DNA from: Pseudomonadota bacterium
GTDB taxonomy: Bacteria > Pseudomonadota > Gammaproteobacteria > Steroidobacterales > MnTg04
Reading direction: 5' to 3'
DNA length: 64,000 nt
Assembly (NCBI GenBank): GCA_022572885.1
Contig: JACZVC010000011.1
Span: 1,055 to 65,054, forward strand
Shown here: piece after piece, positions 55,022 to 62,673 of the stretch
How positions within the stretch are numbered: the first letter of the stretch is position 1
Layout of the letters: each line of letters begins with the position of its first letter
The notes under the pieces: generated by a model
What the model was told of the DNA's origin: nothing
The model's input: the letters and a program-made list of their open reading frames with translations, nothing else
Databases searched by the model: none
Position numbers and translations under genes: made by a program

Positions 55022-56965
55022 ATGTCGGCACACAAGTTCTCAGAAAGCGAGCAGCAACTTTTGCGGAACCTGGCCCGGGAAAAAAACGACACCGGGTCTA
55101 TCCTGGAGTTGTCCAGAATCTATCTTCGCACCGGGCGCGCCGATCAGGCGCTGATCCTCCTGGCGGGTTTGGCGGAACGACAGGGCATGGCGCTCAAGAG
55201 CCTGGCCCTTGCCCTCAGTGGCCGGAATGCTGAAGCAATTGCCCTGGCCAGGTTTTCAGCCGAGCCCAAAGAGGACCCGCATTTACTGCATATGCTGGCA
55301 TACTGGCTGAATCAGCAAGGATGCTACGCGCAGGCGCTGGGCATTTTTCAGGCAGCGCTGTCCCGGGCGAGCAGCGATGCGGGCATACGTCATGATTACG
55401 CGATCGCCTTGCAGCGGACTGGCAATTTGCAGGATGCGCTTTTGCAATACCAGGCGGCTTTCGGCCAGGACAGCGGAAATCCGCACCTGGCTTTCAATCT
55501 TGCGTTGGCGCTGGAACAGTCTGATCGACTCGACGAAGCCATGTTGCAGATTGAGAAGGTGTTGGCGATCGCGCCAGAACACCTTGGCGCACTGTACCGG
55601 CGCAGTTATCTGCAGCGCCTGCTTTGCGCCTGGAAGAATTATCCGAGCGACCTGGCTGAATTGTCGGTGGCGCTCGAGCGCCACCTGGACAACCCCGGTG
55701 TGGAAATGATTTCACCCTATGGCCTGAATATTCATTTTCCCGACGGCAAGCTGCACGATCGTGCCGCGGCCTGTTACGCAAAACAAATAACAGAACAGGC
55801 GATGAATCAGGGGTCGTTGCAGCCGGTCAAACAACTCAAGAAAAGCGGAAGATTGAACATTGCTTACCTTTCACCCGATTTTAATTCGCACGCGGTGGGC
55901 AGCCTGATCAGCGGTCTGTTTGCCTGTCACGATCGGAAAAAATTCAAGGTGTTTGCCTACTCTTTGGCACAAAATGGCGATGGGATTCAACAACAAGTCG
56001 AGACCGGCGTCGATGTCTATCGTGATGTTTCCCTGGCTGCGCCGGCAAGGATCGCCGCACAGATATCGGGAGACGATATCGATATCCTGATCGACTTGGC
56101 CGGCTATACGAGAAACGCGCGGCCGCAGATTCTCGCGATGCGGCCGGCGTTGTTGCAGGTTTCTTTCCTGGGTTATCTAAACACGATGCAGGCGCCGTTC
56201 ATCGATGCGGTGATTGGCGATGATGAGGTGTTGCCGAAAGGCGAGGACTCTGTTTTTAGCGAGCACATATTGCGCTTGAACCGATGCTTTCTACCGGCCA
56301 CGCCAAGAGACGTCGGTTCGAGTCCTGGCCGGGCGGAACTCGGCTTACCGGCGGATGCGTTCGTTTTTTGCTCTTTCAACCACAGCTACAAATTGCAGCC
56401 GCGAATTTTTGCGCTGTGGATGAAAATTCTGCGAACGGCTGCAGGGAGCGTTCTCTGGCTGTTGGCGGACCGGGCGACCATCAGGAATAACTTGCTCGCG
56501 GCCGCAGCCGAAGCGGGTATCGATCCTGAGCGGCTGATATTTGCCGACCGGGTGCCATTGACAGAACACCTCGCCAGGATGAAGTCTGCGGACCTGCTAC
56601 TCGATACGCCGGATTACAATGCCGGCGCAACCATAATCGCCGCCGCGCAGGCCGGATTGCCAACCCTGACCCTGCGTGGCAATCGAATGCTTGGCCGGAT
56701 GGGTGCATCGCTCAATAAGACGCTGGGGCTCGATGAATTGATTTGCAACACGGCGGAGGAATACCTGGATCGCGCGCGTGGTTTGGTCAAAGACCGGGAC
56801 AGGCTTGGCGCCATACGCGGCCGCCTCGAAAATGCCGCGGCGGGGAAGCTGTCGATAAGGGAATACTGTGAAGACCTGGAGAATCTGCTGCTAAGACATT
56901 ACCGGCAGGAATCAGTGCGCCCGCATATTTCACCAAAGCCCAGGCAAAGAGAAAGGTCCAACTGA
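55022..56965 (+). CDS. TPR repeat protein fused to an O-GlcNAc-transferase-like (GT41, SPINDLY-type) domain
   Basis: 647 aa. N-terminal TPR repeats, then LNIAYLSPDFNSHAVG, DILIDLAGYT, FCSFNHSYKL and DLLLDTPDYNAGATIIAA, typical of bacterial SPY/OGT homologues. Confidence 0.85.
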   Translation: MSAHKFSESEQQLLRNLAREKNDTGSILELSRIYLRTGRADQALILLAGLAERQGMALKSLALALSGRNAEAIALARFSAEPKEDPHLLHMLAYWLNQQGCYAQALGIFQAALSRASSDAGIRHDYAIALQRTGNLQDALLQYQAAFGQDSGNPHLAFNLALALEQSDRLDEAMLQIEKVLAIAPEHLGALYRRSYLQRLLCAWKNYPSDLAELSVALERHLDNPGVEMISPYGLNIHFPDGKLHDRAAACYAKQITEQAMNQGSLQPVKQLKKSGRLNIAYLSPDFNSHAVGSLISGLFACHDRKKFKVFAYSLAQNGDGIQQQVETGVDVYRDVSLAAPARIAAQISGDDIDILIDLAGYTRNARPQILAMRPALLQVSFLGYLNTMQAPFIDAVIGDDEVLPKGEDSVFSEHILRLNRCFLPATPRDVGSSPGRAELGLPADAFVFCSFNHSYKLQPRIFALWMKILRTAAGSVLWLLADRATIRNNLLAAAAEAGIDPERLIFADRVPLTEHLARMKSADLLLDTPDYNAGATIIAAAQAGLPTLTLRGNRMLGRMGASLNKTLGLDELICNTAEEYLDRARGLVKDRDRLGAIRGRLENAAAGKLSIREYCEDLENLLLRHYRQESVRPHISPKPRQRERSN

Positions 56966-56966
56966 A

Positions 56967-57266
56967 CTAGCGGGTACTTTTTTTGACGGGTTCCCAGCGT
57001 TTATTGCTGTCGAAACTTCCGCTGTTGTACGGATCGAAGCCATGCGGCTCCAGTTCCAGATCGGGGTTGTCGAGGATATCCAGGACGGTCCTGACATGGT
57101 CTTCTTCTTCAACCACCTCTGGTTTGGGCGGTGCTTTCAGGTAGCCCTTCAAAGCCGACTGGCCGCGCGATATCAATGACGGCTGATTTACACCAGGAAA
57201 CTGCGCCGGCTGGGCTGCCGAAGACGCAGAATCTTTGCGAAATCGCTTAAATAGGCTTTTCATCAT
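56967..57266 (-). CDS. Hypothetical small protein
   Basis: About 99 aa from MMKSLFKRF. No motif. Convergent with the GT41 gene across a 1-nt gap. Confidence 0.45.
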   Translation of the reverse strand: MMKSLFKRFRKDSASSAAQPAQFPGVNQPSLISRGQSALKGYLKAPPKPEVVEEEDHVRTVLDILDNPDLELEPHGFDPYNSGSFDSNKRWEPVKKSTR

Positions 57267-57453
57267 CGTATCCCATGCATACACGAACGAACCGTACCGG
57301 GCCGTTGGTGACAATATTTACATAACTGTTGGAAAAAAGCGGGGTTTCGATGCTTTTAAAGATCAGATATGAGACCTGCGTCACATTCTTATGTCGGGAA
57401 ATCATTAGGAACCCCGGGGGAAAGCCACACTGCTGCATTGCAAAAAGATTAGC

Positions 57454-57786
57454 CTATTCCGCGTCAAGCCCTTTGTGTCTGGCGGCACTCCGATTAAGAA
57501 CCAGCCAAAGCCATATCAGCAGTCGGATCAACGACAGAAAAAGGTAGAGTGAACCAACCAGCAGCCAGGCTATGCCCCTGCCATCGAGCAAAGAGCCAAA
57601 CAGGTCGATGTAGAATGCGGCGAGTGAGTCGATTTCTCCATAGGGGCCCAGTATTCGACTGCCCACCATGAATATCAGGGCGGGGACCAGCCACATGCCG
57701 AGCGCAAGTAAACCGAGCAACAGAAACGCTTCCGTTTTCAGCCGCTGCCAGGGCCAGCCTCGCCCTGAAGATCGTTCGTTTTCCAT
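57454..57786 (-). CDS. Hypothetical membrane protein
   Basis: 110 aa, three predicted TM helices. Confidence 0.5.
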   Translation of the reverse strand: MENERSSGRGWPWQRLKTEAFLLLGLLALGMWLVPALIFMVGSRILGPYGEIDSLAAFYIDLFGSLLDGRGIAWLLVGSLYLFLSLIRLLIWLWLVLNRSAARHKGLDAE

Positions 57787-57894
57787 TCAGTTTTTCGCCA
57801 TGAAAGTTGACTGCGACAGACTAGCAAGTTTTGTTGCCATCTCAAACGTCTACTTGGGTACAATCGCATGGTGCCAATATCGAGGTGGTCCGAC

Positions 57895-58983
57895 ATGAAT
57901 TACATTGGAGACTGGTTTCGCAAACGAATGTCTGACCCGCAGATGGTCTTGTTGGGCATTGTACTGCTGACCATCAGCGCGATCATTTATTTTACCGGCA
58001 GAATTCTCGCACCGGTTTTTGCCGCCGTGATCATTGCCTACCTGTTGCAAAGTATTATGCAGCGGCTTGAGAATCTTCATGTGCCGAGAATCGTTGCCGT
58101 TTTGATTGTTAGCCTGGGGTTCCTGGCGCTGCTCCTGAGTCTTTTCCTCGGCCTGATTCCTGTCGTCGTTGCGCAACTTTCTGAACTGGTGCAGCAGGCG
58201 CCGGCAGTCGTCAGCCGGTTGCAGCAACAGTTGCTGGATCTGCCGGTACGCTATCCGGAATACTTTACCGAGAGCCAGGTCAGTGAGTTCGTCAGCAGGC
58301 TGGGCAGCGAGCTTGTCGGTCTAGGCCAGAAAGCGATTTCCTTTTCGCTGACCTCGGTGCTGACCCTGGTCACCGTCATTGTTTACCTGATACTGGTTCC
58401 GATGATGGTCGTGTTCATGATTCGTGACCGCGCGTTGCTGACCGAGTGGTTTGCCAGTTTTCTGCCACGGGACCGGCAGGTTACCACCGACGTCTGGACA
58501 GAGGTAAATGCCAGTATTAGCAATTATGTCGATGGCAAAGTACTGGAAATCATGATTATCGGGGTTACGAGTTTTCTGGTTTTTTCCTTACTGGGGCTGG
58601 AATACGCGGTTTTGCTCGGGGCAATTACCGGTTTCTCTGTTTTGATCCCGTATATTGGCGCCGCCGTCGTCACCTTGCCGGTGGCGCTGCTTGCCTATAT
58701 CCAATGGGGCTTCGAGCCATCGTTTTATTACGTCGTTATTGCTTACCTGGTAATCCAGGCTCTCGATGGAAACTTGCTGGCGCCGTTGTTGTTTAGTGAA
58801 GCGGTGGATCTGCACCCGGTTGCGATCATAGCGGCCGTGTTGCTATTCGGCGGGTTATGGGGATTCTGGGGCGTATTTTTTGCCATCCCGCTGGCAACAG
58901 TGGTCAAAGCCGTGTTGCGGGCCTGGCGGCTTCGAAACCCGGAACCTGAGGTGGAAGACATAGAGGCAGAGGCAGAGGCCTAG
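57895..58983 (+). CDS. AI-2E family transporter (PerM/YhhT-like permease)
   Basis: 362 aa from MNYIGDWF. Multi-TM with the pattern ...YVDGKVLE...IPYIGA...DGNLLAPLLFSEAVDLHPV..., and an EAEAEA tail. Confidence 0.88.
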   Translation: MNYIGDWFRKRMSDPQMVLLGIVLLTISAIIYFTGRILAPVFAAVIIAYLLQSIMQRLENLHVPRIVAVLIVSLGFLALLLSLFLGLIPVVVAQLSELVQQAPAVVSRLQQQLLDLPVRYPEYFTESQVSEFVSRLGSELVGLGQKAISFSLTSVLTLVTVIVYLILVPMMVVFMIRDRALLTEWFASFLPRDRQVTTDVWTEVNASISNYVDGKVLEIMIIGVTSFLVFSLLGLEYAVLLGAITGFSVLIPYIGAAVVTLPVALLAYIQWGFEPSFYYVVIAYLVIQALDGNLLAPLLFSEAVDLHPVAIIAAVLLFGGLWGFWGVFFAIPLATVVKAVLRAWRLRNPEPEVEDIEAEAEA

Positions 58984-59216
58984 GGGTTTTGCAGGGTTTT
59001 CCCGCTTTCTCGCCACCAGGCGCAAAATTCATCGAAGTCGATTTCGTTGTCGCCGTTGGTGTCCATGGCCTCGAACGCAAGGCGGGCGATGTCGTCAACC
59101 CGGCTTAGCCCCATCGAGCGTAAAAGCCTGGAGAATTCTTCGTAGTCGATTGACCCGCTGCCGTTGGTATCGATATTGGCAAAATGAGCTTGCAGTTCCA
59201 ATTTTTCGTCATGCAC
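58980..59216 (-). CDS. Small two-EF-hand calcium-binding protein
   Basis: 78 aa from the GTG (SD AGGAGA 7 nt upstream). Canonical 12-residue loops DTNGSGSIDYEE and DTNGDNEIDFDE. The longer ORF-track form would overlap the upstream gene. Confidence 0.8.
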   Translation of the reverse strand: MHDEKLELQAHFANIDTNGSGSIDYEEFSRLLRSMGLSRVDDIARLAFEAMDTNGDNEIDFDEFCAWWRESGKTLQNP

Positions 59217-59227
59217 GTTGCCGTCTC

Positions 59228-59545
59228 CTAGCGATGGGACAGGAAAATACGCAGTCGCGTCACAACATACCAGACGGCAGCCGCCAGGCCGATACCGATA
59301 TACCATGGCGATGGCAGATTCTTCCCCTGAGTTGTTTCCAGCAATATGAGTCCAATGCAAATGACGAGCAAGGTCATCGCCAGGGCAAGCTGCATTTTCA
59401 TAGCGGTCGATTTCTTGCGTTGCCGCGAACGTTGGCGGGAGGTGAGTTCAGGGTCGTCGCCGCTCACATCTTCATGGCAATGCGGGCAGCGGGCGGCCCT
59501 GGTCGAGATTTTCTTCCGGCAGACCGGGCATTGGGTAATCGCCAT
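59228..59545 (-). CDS. Zinc-ribbon membrane protein
   Basis: 105 aa from MAITQCPVCRKKISTRAARCPHCHEDV (CxxC...CxxC), followed by two hydrophobic helices. The ATG lies 1 nt after the esterase stop. Confidence 0.65.
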   Translation of the reverse strand: MAITQCPVCRKKISTRAARCPHCHEDVSGDDPELTSRQRSRQRKKSTAMKMQLALAMTLLVICIGLILLETTQGKNLPSPWYIGIGLAAAVWYVVTRLRIFLSHR

Positions 59546-59546
59546 T

Positions 59547-60359
59547 TTATTTCTTCCCACTTCCGGCAATCCGGATGTCGTCGCTGGCTTGGGTGAAAAA
59601 ACGCAGCAGGCGTTCGTTGCCGCGGTTTGGCCAGATATGGCCGGCATTATACAAACCGTAAACCATCATGGCGCCGCCGGATTTCGGGTAAAGCAAGGTA
59701 CAGCAGTCCTCATAATCCGTTTGTTCTCCGCTTGCCTGGTTGTGCCGGGCCAATGCTTTTACCGTCTTGACCCACTGGTCCTGGTACCGGGTGCCTTCCC
59801 TGCGGCCAAACAGGTATATAAAAGGCTTGGGTGGCGTATCCGACCGGAAATCCGGTTGCAAGGCCCCGATTACCGCATAAGCCACAAAGCTGTCGGTACG
59901 TTCCTTGAGCAGCAGGAAGGTGAAGTGCCCGCCATTTGAAAAACCGGCCACATAGGTTTTTTGAGGGTCCACGTCGAACATCGTCGTCAGCCGCTGGAGC
60001 AGGCGGTCGGTGAATTTCAGATCGCGGTCAGCGTACTGACCGACACGGCCCTGCCAGCCACGCATCGGTGGTCGGGTATCGATAGTCAGGCCTCGAGGGT
60101 AAACGACAACCGCTTCTTTCCAGTCTTTGTGCAGTTTGACGGCGCGCGCAAATTTGCCGCTGTCATCTCCGCGGCCATGAAAAACGAAAACCAGTGGAAG
60201 CTTGGTGTCACCCGGATTCGAGGGAGAAAAAACCAGCGCGCTGCGCTTGACGTCATCGATCGTCATCTTGATGACCTGGCGATCCGCGAGGGCTGGGGCG
60301 GAGAAAGCCGCAACCAGCAAAGTGACGAGAAAAACGCCTGGCAGACGGTTCGATCCCAC
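59547..60359 (-). CDS. Secreted alpha/beta hydrolase (esterase / PHB-depolymerase-like)
   Basis: 270 aa from GTG 60359. Signal peptide GVFLVTLLVAAFSAPALA, LVFVFHGRGDD and the nucleophile elbow GFSNGG. The 423-aa ORF-track form overlaps the divergent gene and has a non-protein-like N-terminus. Confidence 0.8.
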   Translation of the reverse strand: MGSNRLPGVFLVTLLVAAFSAPALADRQVIKMTIDDVKRSALVFSPSNPGDTKLPLVFVFHGRGDDSGKFARAVKLHKDWKEAVVVYPRGLTIDTRPPMRGWQGRVGQYADRDLKFTDRLLQRLTTMFDVDPQKTYVAGFSNGGHFTFLLLKERTDSFVAYAVIGALQPDFRSDTPPKPFIYLFGRREGTRYQDQWVKTVKALARHNQASGEQTDYEDCCTLLYPKSGGAMMVYGLYNAGHIWPNRGNERLLRFFTQASDDIRIAGSGKK

Positions 60360-60441
60360 CGGCTCGTCATGGGTTTTGCGACCAGCGTTCAATCCATTCG
60401 CCTGCGACCAGCATCCAAGCTGCAACGGGAGGAAGAACATA

Positions 60442-61158
60442 ATGCCTAAGATACTGAAATTACTGGCCAGTTTCATCATCGCGATGATGAGCGTAACCAC
60501 AGCCAATGCCGCTGATAGCCGAGAAATCGGTGACAGCTTTTCCGCCGATGGAATCGATGTCATCTCGATCAACGCCGGGGTCGGTTCGGTCGAGCTGATA
60601 GCCAGCGGTGGCGATGCAATTACCGTTCTGGTGTCAGTCGAACCGGATAACGGCTGGTTTCGCAGCGGACCTGATCGCGAGGACCTGGAAAAAATTACGC
60701 TGCAAAAGGCAACGAAGAAAGGAAAGCTTTCCCTGCGGCTTGGTTTTCCTCGTGGCTTCGACGAAGACGATATCGAGGAACACTGGGAGATCGAGGTACC
60801 CGCCAGATTACAAGCCAAGGTAAGGATCGGCGTAGGCAGGATCAGTATCGAAGGCGTAGCCGGTGGCGTGAACGTGCATGCCGGGGTTGGCGAAGTCAGG
60901 ATCGATGTCCCGCGTGGCGATGTTCGTGCTCATGCCTCGGTTGGCGATGTAAGGGTCAAGAGCGCGACGAAATCGGCTGGCAACATCGAAATGGATGCGG
61001 ATGTCGGCAATGTTTCATTGAAAATGAACGGCAGGAATTACGAGGCGGAACGCGGGTGGGGCCCTGGCGCCAGTCTGGAGCTGGAGGGATCCGGAGCGGA
61101 TGAGTTCGACGTGTCCGCCGATGTTGGCAATGCTCAACTCACCATCAGCAGCGGCTGA
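60442..61158 (+). CDS. Secreted beta-helical repeat protein (DUF4097 / putative-adhesin-like)
   Basis: 238 aa from MPKILKLLASFIIAMMSVTTANA (signal peptide, SD GGGAGGAAG). Six repeats of the x-A-x-VG-x-V-x-hydrophobic type (AGVGSVELI, GVGRISIEG, AGVGEVRIDV, ASVGDVRVKS, ADVGNVSLKM, ADVGNAQLTI). Confidence 0.8.
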   Translation: MPKILKLLASFIIAMMSVTTANAADSREIGDSFSADGIDVISINAGVGSVELIASGGDAITVLVSVEPDNGWFRSGPDREDLEKITLQKATKKGKLSLRLGFPRGFDEDDIEEHWEIEVPARLQAKVRIGVGRISIEGVAGGVNVHAGVGEVRIDVPRGDVRAHASVGDVRVKSATKSAGNIEMDADVGNVSLKMNGRNYEAERGWGPGASLELEGSGADEFDVSADVGNAQLTISSG

Positions 61159-61196
61159 ATACCTGTCTCCAGCGGATTTTTATGGATAATGATTGT

Positions 61197-61222
61197 GGCC
61201 GGCTCCTTGCCGGCCATTTTTT
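61197..61222 (+). terminator. Rho-independent terminator of the 60442-61158 gene
   Basis: GGCCGGC-tcctt-GCCGGCC (perfect 7-bp GC stem) followed by ATTTTTT, 39 nt after the stop codon. Confidence 0.85.
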
Positions 61223-61386
61223 GCAGCGAAGCAGAGCGGTTTTCCCAGTCGTCGATGCCCCGGGAGCAAGAAATTTCGCCGTGTGTATTGCACAGTTGCC
61301 CATCTTTTCGGATTATCTGCATAATGCGGATGAAAGGATCGATGCCGGCTCTGGATATCCGGCGCCGATACCGGCAGGAGAAAACG

Positions 61387-61626
61387 ATGGAAGAAGCTTG
61401 GGCAAAACGCCAGGAAGACATCAGTTCGAATTTTGCGTACTTTGATAGCGACGGTAACGGCCATATCGATTTCAAGGAGTTTCAGCGCTTGTTGAAAACA
61501 CTGTCGCCAAACGTAACCACCCAGCAGGCTGCCGAGGGGTTTTCGATGATCGATACCAATTGCGACGGAGCAATCGATCTGGAAGAGTTCACGGTCTGGT
61601 GGAAAACGACCTGGTGGGAATATTAA
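61387..61626 (+). CDS. Small two-EF-hand calcium-binding protein, paralogue
   Basis: 79 aa from MEEAWAKRQ (SD AGGAGA). Loops DSDGNGHIDFKE and DTNCDGAIDLEE. Same architecture and W-rich C-terminus (FTVWWKTTWWEY versus FCAWWRESG) as 58980-59216. Confidence 0.8.
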   Translation: MEEAWAKRQEDISSNFAYFDSDGNGHIDFKEFQRLLKTLSPNVTTQQAAEGFSMIDTNCDGAIDLEEFTVWWKTTWWEY

Positions 61627-61742
61627 AAATAATATAAAACAATAAGTTATAATCGTTAATTAATCTAAATTATCAATGTTGATCATTTATGCCAGTCGTG
61701 CTAACACTTGGTTTTTCAGTTGTCTAACCTTATATCGGGTAA

Positions 61743-62438
61743 ATGAAAACGGAGATAGCCAGACCCATGAGCCTGCAAGTCGACGCCGTCGCTGATTTTA
61801 TTTGCCCCTGGTGCTACCTGGGGAAGAGCCGGCTCGAACAAGCGCTGAACCATATCCAGGGTACAGATCAGCCCAAAGTCTTGTGGCACCCGTTTCAACT
61901 CAATCCGGATATGCCGGTCGATGGCATGCCTTTCGACGAATACCTGGATAAACGATTCGGTGGACGCGAACTGGTCCAGCCGTTTCTCGATGAACTCACA
62001 GTCGTCGGAGAAAAAGAGGGGATTATCTTCCGCTTCGACCAACTCGAACGCATACCCAACACGCTGAATGCGCATCGCCTGATTCAGATTGCCAGTCCCG
62101 GTCTGCAACAAAACCGGCTGGTCGATTTGCTGTTCAGCAATTTTTTCGAACACGGTAGAGACATCGGCGACAATGACTTGTTGTCCGTGCTTGCCCGCCA
62201 GGCCGGTCTCGACGCGGCAGCGATCGGTAGATTTCAACGCCCGGACAGTGGATTGGCGGAAGTCCGCGCCGAAGAAAAGCACCTGCGTGAGATGGGCGTG
62301 AGCGGGGTGCCCAACTACATCCTCAACGGCAAATACGCGGTCGCAGGCGCACAGGACGCTGACGCATTGGTTCGGGTGTTCGACCAGGTGATGTTTGCCA
62401 GCGGTTCCAATCCGGCCACATCCAGCCGCCTGCACTGA
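61743..62438 (+). CDS. DsbA family oxidoreductase (FrnE / HCCA-isomerase-like)
   Basis: 231 aa. Thioredoxin-fold active site DFICPWCYLGK and a C-terminal GVSGVPNYILNGKYAVAGAQ. Confidence 0.9.
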   Translation: MKTEIARPMSLQVDAVADFICPWCYLGKSRLEQALNHIQGTDQPKVLWHPFQLNPDMPVDGMPFDEYLDKRFGGRELVQPFLDELTVVGEKEGIIFRFDQLERIPNTLNAHRLIQIASPGLQQNRLVDLLFSNFFEHGRDIGDNDLLSVLARQAGLDAAAIGRFQRPDSGLAEVRAEEKHLREMGVSGVPNYILNGKYAVAGAQDADALVRVFDQVMFASGSNPATSSRLH

Positions 62439-62673
62439 ACTCAGTCGGCCGCGGCGATGGGTGACAGGATTTGGATGAAGACTTTGCGTGTTTCCCGGTA
62501 GCGTTCCTTAGCTTTTGCGACTCTTCCTGCGCCGCATGAATGCCTTCTTGCAGAAGGCGGCAGGATGCCTGCGTAATCCGGCGCATTGACTTTTGTTTGC
62601 GCTGACTTCTAACCTAGGCGCCACAACGGCGGTGCCCGCCGGAACAGTTCCGAGAGCGTTTGCAGCCAGACCG

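Noticed and set aside
59547-60818. Full 423-aa ORF-track version of the esterase gene
   Set aside because: The first ~150 codons are Ser-rich and low in complexity, and they overlap the well-supported divergent gene 60442-61158. A GTG at 60359 gives a canonical signal peptide directly before the hydrolase domain.
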